Shown here: piece by piece, positions 12,822-25,762 of the stretch
How positions within the stretch are numbered: the stretch's first letter is position 1
Layout: every line of letters begins with the position of its first letter
DNA from: Girardia tigrina
Taxonomy: Eukaryota
Length of the DNA: 56,600 nt
Assembly (NCBI GenBank): GCA_001938485.1
Contig: MQRK01245662.1
Location: 17,595-74,194 of the forward strand
Direction: 5' to 3'
Notes under the pieces: generated by a model
What the model was told of the DNA's origin: nothing
The model's input: the letters and a program-made list of their open reading frames with translations, nothing else
Database searches by the model: none
Translations under genes and position numbers: made by a program

Positions 12822-13229
12822 CTGAATCAAAAAATAAGTTTATAATACTATTAAATGTAGAAAAATATTATTGATCTGTATTTAAAAAAACTTTTTTATT
12901 ATTTTATTTTTAATTTGGATATTAAATTCATCTTGTTATTTTAGAAATGATAAATATTTACATTAAAATTATCAACGTAAATGTTTATTTGCTAGTTTAT
13001 TCAAATTATTCTAAGACAGAGGCTTATTATTTATTTTCCCTGTATGATCTAACCCCTAAGGAAACATCCTCAAATTCCCACAAGACTCTCCATAATCCGG
13101 ACACCAATGACAAGGGTTAGAATGGTCATTAAATAAAAAGTTATAATAACGTGATATTCAATGATTATCTCTATTTTCAACTATTATTCTAAAATATTAA
13201 TAATAAATATGAAATGAATAAAATCTCAC

Positions 13230-13300
13230 TCTGTTTCCTCAAGTCCCGTATAAAGGATTGAAGTCAGCGAGGTCGTCGTCATTGCCGTCATCCTCTTCTT
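13230..13300 (-). CDS. PMCA: Candidate 71-nt PMCA cassette exon (KKRMTAMTTTSLTSILYTGLEET)
   Basis: ~80-nt pyrimidine-rich AG-free zone before tandem AAG acceptors, gtgaga donor at 13229, GC-richer than the flanks. Confidence 0.4.
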
Positions 13301-13527
13301 CTTTTGGCATTAATGTCGAGTAAAGAAATGAGGTGAGAGGTGTCATGAGAATGTTAATGAAAGGATAAAAAAGAAAAGGTAAACTATGTACATAGTAAAT
13401 TATTAATAATCATGCATGGATAAAAGCAAAAAGCTACAGGTGCATTTTCGTTGTTTTTTTATTAATAAAATAAAAATCAAGCTCTCTATGGAAAACAATG
13501 CTCTAATGAAAATATAAATAAACTCAC

Positions 13528-13536
13528 CGTGTTCAT
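13528..13536 (-). CDS. PMCA: 9-nt PMCA microexon (M-N-T)
   Basis: Minus strand ttttctatcattttcttttcag|ATGAACACG|gtgagt: consensus acceptor and donor, phase 0-0, matching the upstream LQTQ exon. Confidence 0.65.
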
Positions 13537-13658
13537 CTGAAAAGAAAATGATAGAAAATATTTCAAATAAAAAACCAAAAAAAGAAAATAACAATTAAAG
13601 AAGTTTACAAAATCAATAAAAATAAATAACGATTATTTATTATAACAAAGATATACGT

Positions 13659-14050
13659 TGTTGTAATCAACTCAATAATAAGTTGTTTTATCACGAGTAA
13701 CACAAGGTTCCAGTCTAGTTATAGAGCTTGAAAAGGACAACCAAAAAGAGAGTTATTATGAATAAAATACAGTACAACTAGACCGGGAACCGAACGACGA
13801 GACGAAGATCAAGATGCTGATGCATTCAACGATAACTCGACAGTAATCCATCAATCGCTCTACAACGAAAACGGCGTCTCTTCACAGAGATGTTCGCCAA
13901 ATCTTTCCATTTCACCTAACAACGAGTCTCTATTCGGTCGCTGGGAATTGTACTGCCTCCGTCTTAATGTGTATCGACGGATCGACGTCATCCGCAGTCC
14001 TTGTCGGTCAAGGTTTTGTGCTTGCTCCTGGCGCTTCAAATTTAATATCA
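13659..14050. mobile_element. Possible solo LTR
   Basis: GC-rich island with TGTTGTAA...TTAATATCA ends; no convincing TSD. Confidence 0.35.
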
Positions 14051-14159
14051 ATTTTACTTTTATTTTACTTATTAACTTATCTTCTTAATCAAAGAAATTC
14101 ATTTTATACTTTCGTTCATACAAAACAAAACTTGATAATATTTATTCAAAAAGAGAGTA

Positions 14160-14790
14160 TATGTGAGGGTGCTTTGAAAAGTTCGCAAATGAAATTGTCA
14201 TATTCTCTACTCAATCTCCTTTAGGTGAAATTCCCTACATCTATCAAAGCTCTTTTGTCATTTCGTCTTCTTCTCCAAGTTTTCAAAAATAATCTTTGAC
14301 ATCCTCTTTTATTTCTTCTTCTGTAGGATATTTCATTCTGTGATGAAACGATTTAGTTCATTCAATTTTCCCATTGCGATCACACTTGTTGTGAAGTAAA
14401 TTTTCTTGATGGGAAAATTCTTCCCATTTTGCAAGTCAGGTATTTTATCATACATGTTTTTATCCATGTTGTTGTTAGCATGATGTTAGGCACCTTAACC
14501 GGATGTTTGGTTCATCGCCTGTTCTGTTAAATCGCCTGTTCTGCTTACCAAAAATATTCCAATAGGCATTTTCATTCGATGTACACCTCCAACAAAAGTA
14601 ATAGAGTTCGATAGTAACTTGAAATCATTTTGCCGCCAAAACTTCAAATCACTCGCCTTACCAGTTTATCTTATTGTTTGGTCTTTGGGAAGTGTTAGTC
14701 AAATAGCAATATTCCCTTTGTCCTCTTTCGCGAAAGAGAACATTTTCCTAAAATGATGTTTGTTGATTGATGTTGGTTCTCAGGTATGTG
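14160..14790 (-). mobile_element. Highly decayed mariner remnant
   Basis: TIR-like TGTGAGGGTGCTTTGAAAAGTTCGC at ~14162; fragmentary transposase-like translation on the minus strand. Confidence 0.45.
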
Positions 14791-14849
14791 AAAGTTAACT
14801 CAAGTTTTGCATGGTATAAAAATTCAACATGACCAATGATTTTACTATA

Positions 14850-15830
14850 AAACTAGATGAATCAGAAATCTCTGAAGGTTTCGATTTGTTATGCGAGAAG
14901 AATTTTTCTGAAATGTTTTCAACCTTATTTATACATTTATCATGTGAAATGTTTTATCATCCAGATGCCAACATTTATTCCGGATTTTAATAATAGACTT
15001 TAATATTCGAGTTAAAAAAAGGATTATTCGAATTGAAGAAGTTCATTCGGATACACCTATCAAGCATATTGAAAAAAGAAAAAGTAGTAAACATATTTTT
15101 GATTAATCCTGCAGTCATCTTAAAAACGCATTATGACTCCCTTTTTTTGTGAAAAAGAGCGATTTTTCAGACGAAGTACCCTCAATATCTGATTGGATAA
15201 GAAATATTTTTTAATTATCTAACATAATCCAAATAGGGTTGAAGTTTTATTACAAAATACATTTTGGATTTTATGTTTTTTTCTTTTAAAAATAATATCA
15301 CAAACATTTAAATCTAAAATTTTTTTGTATTAAATCTCCAACCGCATTTGGATTATGTTCGGATATCATATACCAATTTACAGGTAGTGTTTGAAGTGGA
15401 ACATACATTGGAGAGACGTGCCGTCATCTATGTAAGAGAATTCAAGAACATGGTTGTAATGGGGGTGGAAGTAATATTGCAGAAAACAGAAAGGGTTGCA
15501 ATTCGATCACATATATACACATAAATAACTTTTAAATTCTGTGTCCTCGTTTTACTAACTATTGCGAGAGACATGTGAATCACTATATATCATCATAAGA
15601 TAAAAAATAAAGCATATCAGATCTCTAGATCCTAAAATTAATGAGCAAACAGGACTCTCGACAACCCTATTAAACATCGTTTGATAACATAACAATCCAC
15701 TGACTACATAATCACTGCTTCCTATATATTTTTATTGAGACTTGACGATGACGGTTATACCGTCGTAATTAATTGTACTGAAAAATAAAAATAATTTTTA
15801 CAAATTGAGCGTTTTCCTATTGATTTATTC
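14850..15830 (+). mobile_element. Penelope-like element remnant (GIY-YIG endonuclease end plus degenerate HHR)
   Basis: 15371-15450 reads YQFTGSV*SGTYIGETCRHLCKRIQEH; IRSLDPKINEQ at ~15615; hammerhead at 15740. Left boundary approximate. Confidence 0.75.
15740..15776 (+). ncRNA. Degenerate minimal hammerhead ribozyme (HHR4)
   Basis: ac-TTGACGA-T-GACGGT tat ACCGTC-GTA-ATTAAT-T-gt; perfect stem II, two core substitutions. Confidence 0.65.
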
Positions 15831-18059
15831 TTTGTATCTATTCTTTGTATTTTTTATATTTTCACGATTATTCGTCAACATAATTAAGTCGTAACTGCTA
15901 TTTGATATATGAAAGAAATAATAATTCGAAAAATTCATCATTGAAGAATTGGAAATTTGGTTTTAACATTGGATTAAAGATATTTTGGAAATGTTTTGTA
16001 TATAGTCATAGAAATCAGACACTGTGTAAATTGTGTTTATAAATAAGACATATTACATTAACCATAAATATCGACAAGTCTTTCCTGTAATTAATAAAAC
16101 TGAAACAGGGATGGTGGAAGGGTCTCCCAGTTGTAATATCGATTTCGGAGATCTCTAATCGAGGATTCTGCTTTACTCAATAGGCGATTTTTGTGAGGAT
16201 CTTCGGTGAAAGAGACTTCTGCACCATCCACTGTGAGGGGTATGATTTAGTCTATCAAGATCCGAATTTAAATTGAATCACGCATTTATACACAATCATA
16301 TATGTTGGAGCAATAATCCCCAACTTTGGTGCGTATATTTATTCGACCTGATTCTGCTATCAGTGCTTCACTTTGTGAATTGTTCAAAGCACCCACATAT
16401 TTTAATTTATAACTTTTTATTAAAAGCAAAACTAATATAACTAAATCGAAACATTTACTAAAAATAATTTAAAAATGATTTAATTATATTGATTTTAAAA
16501 TTTAACCTTTATTTTATGATCAGTATCCGAAGATTGTAATTACATTTCAGAGACTCCACGTTAATCGTTTGTATATGTTCATTACGAAAATCTTTTTTTT
16601 ATTATTTTAAAATGTCTTTAAATTTAATGGAGAAAGAATAATTTTGAGATTTGCTTCAATAGTTTGGAAATGTCCACAAATGTTCACAAGAAAGTATACA
16701 CAAAATGATAGTAGAAATAGTGGTAATAAAATACGCCTTACTCTTTATAAAAACTTATAATTTATAGTGACGGTATTATGAAACAGCAACATGACCTATG
16801 ATCAAATTTTTAAAAAAGCATTAATTAAAAATTTATTAGTAATACCAAATTAGTGTTTACGAGACTCATTAAAGTACAAAAATGGATATCTAAAACTGGA
16901 CTACATTAACCTGTGGTTTGTGCCAAATGGTCGAATCAAAAGAGACGGAAATTAATTATTACAAAATTTATTATTCTAAAATACAATAAATACAAAATTC
17001 TACAACGACATTCCAAAACTTTCCACTAATTTGGAATAATACACTTTCATTAAAGAAATTTATTGTGTTAAATTAATTGTAACAAAATTTAAAACTTTAT
17101 ATGAAAAAGATTTTGACAATTTATAAAGTTTTTTATTACTGACTTTACCATTTTTTTAAATTTATTTTAATTAATTTAATGACAGATTATCTACAATTTT
17201 CTGGTAAAAAAAGGAAAAATAAATATCCGCTGGAAATGACGCTGGATTAATTTATATTTTATTGTCCGTTCCTGATTCTTTTAATACAATATTCATTTTA
17301 TTTAAAGCTAGCTTTTCTGTTATCTTCTAAAAGAACTGGGCGTTTAAAAACATGTTTTAAAGGGGGATAAGTGTCAGCAAATGGAGCCTCATCCAGCCGT
17401 ATCTCCATGTGACGTAACATCAAACTAAAAAACATAGTTTATTACATAACATATAACCTAAAAGTATACATTAATGTGGCAGAATGATTCACCAACTGAT
17501 ATTTCCTAATAATAAATTCACAAGTTTCATCCGAATTAATTGGACTAAAAATCTTTGGAATATTTTTTTAAAATAAGTAAAAAATGTAATTTGTTCCGTC
17601 GCATTTTTGTGGGGTGAAATACGAAAAGATTGTTGTAAATTTCTATTAAACGCATGTTGTGTTAAATACATATTTTTGATCGTCTTAATCTCTATTTGCA
17701 TTTATCCTGTGCCGAACTTCTCATGATCGAGTACACATCACTCATTTTAAGCAATTCTAACTGTTAACATAGTTTGAGAAGTCGTAAACAATACGCAAAT
17801 GTGCGTGCATGGTTTTGTAATTAGACCTACTCAAATGAAATCGTGCTAATTTAAAATTCTTAATAAGCTGTTTGAGACTGTATTTTAGTTTGGACAAAGA
17901 TTGAAGTGGTAATCTGGCATAATATGAGTAAAATTAATATTGAATTTGTTAATTTTAAGATTTTTATCTAACAACGTAGTAGTTATTAAGGCATACTTGG
18001 GAAATAATACTTAATTAGTTTGCATTGCCCTTAAATCAATGTTGGTTTTCGCATACTAT

Positions 18060-18320
18060 TCAGTGGCCGCGGTCAGACAAGCATGACCTGACCCAGGTAC
18101 CATGTAAACCTGTACCACATCTCCCATGGTCGGATGGTTGGTGACTAAACCAGATCCTTCACCCAGAGCACCCTAGATGAAGAGAATGTGTGGACACCCA
18201 ACAGAATGAAAAACAAACCCTGTAAAAGAGCGGATGAGCTCCTTAGAGCCAACGGCTATAGACATCTGAAGAACTAGGCGCAACCAGGTTGTTTGCTTAC
18301 TGAGTCACTCAAAAAATATG
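18060..18320 (+). mobile_element. Probable 5' UTR fragment of an RTE-type non-LTR retrotransposon
   Basis: Structured GC-rich island. GAAAAACAAACCCTGTAAAAGAGCGGATG...AGAGCCAACGGC resembles RTE 5' UTRs from memory; not verified. Confidence 0.35.
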
Positions 18321-18784
18321 CAAAACCTAAGTGAATAATTGGTGCATAATCCCACGGCCCAATGGCTACGGTTAAAAAAATTTGAAAGACGACAGCGCAT
18401 TGGATAAAAATAAAACCTTTTTCAAGTCATGCTTCTATCATAGCGTCATTGTGGGATGTATTAACTAGAAATCCACTGATTCAGTATGGAGAAATGTTAG
18501 GTCCCTTTGCTTCGATAAATCATAAACTATTTTCTCAGAAGAATATATGCTCAATTTCCATTTATGTGCAATGAATTATTACGGATTAAACATATACAAA
18601 AGTATAATTTCGGTAGGTGATTTACTAATTTTTTTTTAGTGATTTAATCTTCAATTTTGAACAATATTTCATAAAAGGTTGGTTGAAGGGATATAAAATT
18701 GGATCTAAAATCTTAAAAGGTTCATGATTTTTCTATATCCAAAATTTGTTTGAAATAAATTTGTTTGAGATAAAACAGTCAGTG

Positions 18785-19100
18785 TGAGGGAAAAATTCTG
18801 ATTTTGTGAGTTTTTTGTTTATATGCTGTTTAGATTGGTGACTCTTCTACCCAGATGGGATTGATATGTTATTGATTAATTAAAAGTATTATAATTTGAA
18901 ATTTTTATATTATTAGTTGAATACAAAGTAGGTGTTGATTTAAACAAAAGCAGTTTTACATTAATTGTTTTATTATTATTTTTTTCAATTTTTCGTTTTA
19001 AGAAAACGTTTTATAAATATTTTAATTTATTTTTGAATTTCCTTTATTATTATTTTTTTAAATTAATTTTCACCAACTGGAATCAGCGAATCTACGATTT
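18785..19100 (+). repeat. Unclassified dispersed repeat terminus, copy B
   Basis: TGAGGGAA at 18785; GTGACTCTTCTACCCAGATGGGATTGATAT from 18838. Confidence 0.6.
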
Positions 19101-19519
19101 TAAAAATTATAAATATATTTAACAATATTTAATCTTATTTATTTTTATTGAATAAAAAAATCAAAAAAGGAAATTCAATTCTCAAAAAAAATTATTTTTA
19201 GTCTGATTATTTTAATTAATTGTTGAAGCTTCACTTAATAATAATTATTTCATGACTTAAAAATTTTTTTCATTTTTAATTAGTCTCAATGAGTTTACTA
19301 TAAAAGTAAATATTATTTCTGTTTCAATTAACCATTTAATTTTCTATTATGAAAATATTTCTTGTTTTAATGGGAAAAAGAAAATTTATTTAATTAGAAA
19401 AAATTGATTATATTTGACTTATTTGGTACTTTCATTTTATATTGTACAATAAAATATTATTTATATATTTTGAGGTGAATTATTGAGACTTTTTATATCT
19501 ACGTTTTCTTTCTTCATAT

Positions 19520-20501
19520 AAACTGTAATTTAATTATTAGTTGACATTCTGGTAAGCGTGGAGGACAAACGCTAGGAGTGAAATGGCCATGAAAATTTTC
19601 AGGTATCAATTCTTGGGTCGTTCTGCTGCATGAGATGATTCTGAGTCTTGATGAAAAAGATGCGGCTTCAGACGTGCTACAGTAGCTATCCAAGGTTTTA
19701 CAACTATAGCTAACACCTCTGGATAAGCCTTGTCGTTGAGCTTGGCACTTGAAGTAAAAACAATAGGGAGTCATCACATCGCCTTCACTACTAACAATGA
19801 TGAGAACCATCACTTATGCTGGAAATCTGAAATACATGGTCGTAGATATATCATCAGGGCTTTTACACAGCCTTCGATCATTTTTGTGGTTCACTTTCTG
19901 GTCCTAAAAAGGTTCTTCTCGTCGAAGAAAAACCAGGTCATTTCTGAATCCTTGGAATGTTTGAGCTTGTTCAGAATGTGCTTTGCTCACTTTAAACGGT
20001 TAACCTTGGTTCCTTCTGACATGATCTTTCATCTTCGCATCACGTATGATTTTTAACGGAGGTCATTATGAACCGCATGTCAGATGGTAGCATAATCAAT
20101 GTGCAACTCTCTGACCAGTGACCTCATCGACTTTTCAGGGTCTTCTTTGATTGCAGTTTGTACTCGGATAATAAAATGTAATTGTTTTGTACTGTCAGAA
20201 CGTCCACAATTTCTTTTCCTTTTGAAACTTCCACTGCATCACCCTTTGATGCTTCTATTTTTCTCCGAACTTTGAATGCTAAATATTGGGTAACTTTGAA
20301 AGATGCAATGGATTTTGAATCCAAGTGTCCCGCAGCCAATGAGACAATATCTGAATGCCTCTTCATTTCTTGTTTAAGTGTAGGTTTTGTCATGTCTAAC
20401 TGCAAACAGAAAAAACTGTTGCGACAACACACAGGAAAGTTTTCAATATTAATATCAAAAGTTTGTGGACTTCAAGTAGTGGTTTATCAGTGTAAGGTAT
20501 A
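19520..20501 (-). mobile_element. Decayed maT/DD37D-type Tc1-mariner transposon
   Basis: DEKNLF..DQK..NDR, VMVLIIVSSEGDVMTP, FHQDS and PSVCPPRLPEC motifs in broken frames. Confidence 0.75.
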
Positions 20502-21334
20502 TTAGTTTAGAAGTTAAGTTATTTTACATTTATCTTTCAGTCATCTGTATATCATCAGTAATTTAATAAAATAATAACTGTGTCAAGGGTCCTATCCCAC
20601 AAGAAGTCTTGCTTTTACCTATAGAAACTTATTGAATTTCTTCTTAAATTGTGGAATTTTATTTATATCTGAGTATATTTTAGTAACTTGCTAAATTCTA
20701 ATTAATAATTAAGGATTTTAAACAATAGTTGTGAACATAGTTTATATAAGGAAGAATTATTTGTTATTAAGTCATGAAATTAAAAGGATGTTATAACTAA
20801 GAACAATAAGACGCTTAAGTAAGATCTTATTTCGGGAACAAGGGGAAGAGTAAAACTTTATTCAAAATTTTTCCAAAACAGTTAATTCAAATTTAACTTA
20901 TTAATCTTTTATATAAATATTATCGATTCAATTCCAAAATTCCAGGTCCATTTGATAATCTTTAACCTATGTTCTTCATTCTCTTCCTTCGGCTCTGGTT
21001 ATACAATTTTTATTATGTTTCCTTCTGAGACAAAAACAATCAATTTATTCTAAGGACCAAAATCTCGATAAGCAAGAATAACTATAATCATTTATTCAGC
21101 CATGTTTCTTATGCTAAAACGTATTACATTATCCATAGTATATCTACTCAGTTTCATTCTGAATTTTCCAAACTAAATTTATTATATTTTTAAACAGAAA
21201 TCGGAACATTTCTTTATGTGTTTGTAAGGCATCGTTTTTTTGTTTAAACATTTTAAGTACCTTTTCTAAGGAACAGAACTTTCAATGTAATGATGAAAAA
21301 AAGGTCATATTATGGCTGTCACAGTTAAAAGAAA

Positions 21335-21532
21335 TTTCATTGGTCATAATTAAAATGAATATTAATTTTAAATCATTTAAAAATTTACAACAATTTTTAA
21401 ATTAAAAATGAATTTAAACATTAAACTTAAATTCAAATTAATTACTTCATGATACTAAGAATCAAATAATATTCAGTTATTTGGATGGTAGAGACACAAT
21501 CGCAAGTCAACACACAACATTCCAATTCCTCT
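21335..21532 (-). repeat. Unclassified dispersed repeat terminus, copy C (inverted)
   Basis: TTGGATGGTAGAGACACAATCGCAAGTCAACACACAACATT is the near reverse complement of 48362-48414. Confidence 0.65.
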
Positions 21533-21569
21533 CTGTTAATGGCGGTGTGTACTGTCATACGCTACGAAA

Positions 21570-22131
21570 GATCAGCTCAATGAGATACAACAACAGCAAT
21601 TGCCATTCCCATGTACACTATGCAAAAAGTCTTACAAAACGAAGGAGTGGCTGACCAGGCACCTCTACTGGGATCATAAATTGGAGGAGACAGAAGAAAT
21701 TGGAGAAACGACAATGACACCAGCGCAAACCAGTACAAACACAGAAGAAAGAGTCGTAGAAAACCTCAACATTTCAGGCAACCAGATTCAATCCGTGACG
21801 GACCCCCGACTATCTCAACGGCGGTGGAAGAAGCGATAGGTACTGAAGAAACACATCTGACTTTTGGGATTGCAAATCTAACTGCAAGGGGAGAGTTCAG
21901 ATGTTCATTTTGCGGCTGTACGAAGTCCACGAATACAGCCAAAGGTATGCAGAACCATGGCTATACAACCCATGGGTGGTCGTTTCTCACAGGGAAGCCG
22001 AAAAGATCTCGGAGACCGAAACTATCCGATCCCGTAGGAGGCCTATCGGGGGCTGCTAGTGATTCTTTAGTTTGGGTGGACCCTCTAAAGAGCCTAGAGG
22101 CTCAATACCATTCGAAAGAGATGGGAGGCCC
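21570..22131 (+). mobile_element. Short insertion encoding two C2H2 zinc fingers, probably a derivative of an R2/NeSL/R4-type non-LTR element
   Basis: CTLCKKSYKTKEWLTRHLYWDH and CSFCGCTKSTNTAKGMQNHGYTTH in two frameshifted ORFs; flanked by the 11-bp direct repeat ACGCTACGAAA (21559-21569, 22132-22142). Confidence 0.55.
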
Positions 22132-23421
22132 ACGCTACGAAATAATTAATCATCTACTGATCCTGTTTATTTGAAATTGGTTTTTTAATATTAATGTGAT
22201 TGATATTGATGTGATTTTGTTAGAAACTTTTGATTTATTATCCTATTTTGGAGACGTAACATAGAATTTATCATCAAACAGATTGATGCCCTTTTCGACT
22301 CCATAATATCTTAATTTTATGGTTTGGACATATTTCATTCAGGTAGAGATTTGGTGCTATTTCTCAAGTTTTTTATTATTTTTTTGTTTTTCACGCCGAA
22401 TGAGTCGCCCGTCCCTGTATTTCCATATCACGGAGAGAATATTGCTACAAAGATCATTTCTTATTATGAATCCTTAGAATAAATCAATATTTTTAGGTGA
22501 AACACATTCGTTGAGTTTCTGATCACGGATTTCGATAGTCATTATTTGATACAAAGTTTCATCTTAATATTTTCGCGATATGATTCTCCTTTTTTACTAT
22601 TTGACTCAATACTTTTATTTAATTTAACAGTAACTCCACAGAAAAATACCACATCAAAGACAATGTCATGTTCACCGAGGAACAAACATGTTTTTTACAA
22701 CATTAAAACCACAATAACCCAAAAACAAATATCATTCAAAATCGAATGGTAATTAATTTTCGTAGTCAATTTTATTTCGACATTAACATCACCAAACAAA
22801 TCGCTTTAGTATTTCATAATAATGATAATTACTTTCAAAAATATGAATAATAATAAATAATTTAATAATAATTTTAATTGCTTCTCATTCTAACTTCTCC
22901 ACTTCGTGTACTTTTGACCAAACAAACAAATTAAAATTGAAAGTCCAAATTTATAATAAATCTTTATCAATATTTATTATATCAGACTGAAGAAACAAAC
23001 AGTGCATCATTCTACTGTAACAAAAATGATAAATCATTATTAAACTGAACCATCAAATTACCTTTGATCGGCTACAATGGCTCCATACCTTTATTGGCTC
23101 AAGCTCAAAGTTTGTTATTCGGATACTTATCGTAATAAATAATGTCGTAAAAATTTAACGGAGCCGAGCTAGGTAGTTCATTATTTGAAGGTTCGTATTG
23201 TTTTCTAATTCAAGATAATGGAGTCTCGTAATTTATTTTAATTATATTAAGTTCTTAAAATCTAGATATTATCAAAATAATTTTAATTAACAAACATAAA
23301 ACATTAAGGTATTTAAGTTAACAGTATAATATTTAATATACTAATATGATATAATTCGAGCTAATGGTTTTGCTTAACTATATGGTATTCTCCCATAAGT
23401 CGAACATTTTAATCTAAGTAC

Positions 23422-23658
23422 CTGTGTTTGTAATCGAGATAAACCTCGAATCCACAAGATTTGACCCGACCGAACTATATCATCTTCTTCTGGTGAAGGA
23501 GAGACAGGTTCTTCATCTTTTTCTTCTTCATTATTCATATTTTCGTAATTAACACCTTCTGTTAGGTCTTTCCGGCGACTAGCAGAAATAGGAATTTTCT
23601 TCTTCTTAACCCATGGAAGTCTTTTTGGAACTACAGTGTTGGGAACTGTGATAAGAAT
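23422..23658 (-). CDS. PMCA: PMCA exon: post-TM10 region and first half of CaM-binding domain
   Basis: tttacag|ILITVPN...IVRSGQILWIRGLSRLQTQ|gtact; 237 bp, phase 0-0. Confidence 0.95.
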
Positions 23659-25145
23659 CTGTAAAAAAATTGATTTTTGAATTAATTTACACTTTCATTT
23701 AGAATGTAAACATAATTTTAAACATCTAACTAACAATTTCAAAACAAAACATATACAAAATGTAAAACATGTATAATCAATGTGTGATATATCAGAAGAT
23801 ATCCACCATCAGCCTACTCAGAATCATAAGATATGCTGAGAATGATGGAAGTGTCTTACAATATATATCGAATATTTGGTACGTACAATTCCCCATCAAA
23901 GAAGTAAAACATTTTGTGATTATTTTTTAGTTTTCGGTCATTTTCGGCAAAAAGTTCATATGGCATATCTTTCAGTGCGATACACTTTCTTTGTAAAGGC
24001 TACGGAACACTTTGAAACTTTCTTTGTCAACGACATTGGCAACTCAATACATTGTCTTTAAACTTAGAAACCCCTTTATCATTGACTAGGTTTGAGAATA
24101 ATAACGAAAACACACAATCCTTTTATATAATGTAAAGGATTTTAAAATAAATTCTTTCCATTTGATTGAGTTTAGAACATCTTTTTCATTTTCATCCTAT
24201 GAGGAGGTAGTTAAACTTTTAATTTCGGCAAGTTTTTTCATTTTTTAATTTAAAATTTTAACAAAAATTAAATAAAATACGTAAAGTATAAGAAAATACA
24301 AAAATATTTAATAAAACTAAAAAAAGTTAAGCAGGTTTTAAAAAACCAAAACAATTTAAAAAAATCTAAAATGTTTAGAATAATCAAAATCGATTTATTT
24401 TAATAGGAAATTAATTAGTGAAAGTTTTAAAATAAGAAATTTTAAATTAATAATAAAAACAATAAACGGAGTAAAATTTATAATGTTGAATTTATAAAGT
24501 GATTAAATTAATTTGTTTAAATTCACTGTTCCAGTGACTGCAGATTTATTCAAATAAACATTCTGCGTGTCTTAATCTTTTTAGTTGTACAAGAATAAAA
24601 TTATTTTGACAGAAATTGAAGTTAAGTTAAATATTTTTACAAAGTAGACCATTGTAGAGATAAATTTTAAATAGTGAAAGTTTAATAAATCTTAACAAAA
24701 TAAGAAATTAGATTTTAAAGAAAAAAATAATAAATGGATTTTGACGAAATGATTAAATTAACGAGAAGAAATTTGTTAAAATATGTGTGTAATTTTCATT
24801 CACAGTTTTTTTGAAAAATACGTGTGTGGAATTATGATTTCTAATATTGAGTCAAACATTATCGACTATAATATTAGTGCTACTAACACATCCAATAAAT
24901 AACAATATAAAATATTTTAAAAATCAATTTAGTTGTACAAACCATTGAAACTTTATCTTTTTGACCCTTAATGGAAGGAAAATTGTAGCCTTATAAAGAA
25001 TTGTAAACATCATTCATGCTTAGTAACAAATTTTTTAAATGAAAGATGTTAAAGAAAGAAATAAATCTGTAATTATAAACTAATACCAAATTTAACAAGA
25101 AATATGAAAATTATAAACATTTACTTATGGGTATAAAATATTCTT

Positions 25146-25147
<2 letters not shown>

Positions 25148-25189
<42 letters not shown>
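25148..25189. repeat. (TA)n microsatellite
   Basis: About 20 TA units; other (TA)n tracts at ~32600-32644, 38150-38182, 49136-49162 and 56483-56500. Confidence 0.95.
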
Positions 25190-25195
<6 letters not shown>

Positions 25196-25307
25196 TGTTT
25201 TACAAAATTTATGGTTTTTTAAAATCAGTAACAAGCGGAACAAAAAAATTATTTCAAACCAAAAAAGGGTAAATGAACATTCAATTATTTATTTTCGTGG
25301 TACTTAC

Positions 25308-25415
25308 CTGACCCCAAACCAATGTCCCAAGCCCGAAGAATACGCACCATAACCAATGATCAGCATCTAATGGGGAAGTACTTAAAGCATATCCTCCAAA
25401 TTCAATAATAATAAT
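25308..25415 (-). CDS. PMCA: PMCA exon (TM9-TM10)
   Basis: tatag|[36 protein letters not shown]|gtaagt; 108 bp. Confidence 0.95.
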
Positions 25416-25467
25416 CTATAATGCAAATCAAATTATCAAGATATAACAAAGTATAATTAATACTTAC

Positions 25468-25685
25468 CTGTGAAAGAATCGTAGCTACCCAAATAAAAAC
25501 AAAAATAACATTTCTTCGAAGGCCTTCAAAAATATTTCTTTGGCCGTGGATCTTCCTTGCATTTATTTCATTGAAAAGAGTCATCATTACAAATGTATTG
25601 AATATTGCCGTAAAGTGTTCAGTAGGTTTTGATATACCTTTATCGGCCAGACCGCGACCGTTATCAACATCGAGCAAACGTTCGC
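25468..25685 (-). CDS. PMCA: PMCA exon (TM8-TM9)
   Basis: tgtag|..ERLLDVDNGR...HFTAIFNTFVMMTLFNEINARKIHGQRNIF...LSQ|gtaagt; followed by a 52-bp intron. Confidence 0.96.
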
Positions 25686-25762
25686 CTACACAATCGTAAT
25701 TAGTACATAAATATAACCTATATTTTTGTTTTCAGTTGCATAATTGGTTATATATACATATA

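Noticed and set aside
18785-21532. Copies B and C as TIRs of one DNA transposon
   Set aside because: They resemble different subfamilies (C is closer to A/F, B to D/E) and there is no TSD.
21535-21570. Resemblance of the zinc-finger insertion site to the LSU rRNA R2 target region
   Set aside because: Similarity is too short and too mismatched to support.
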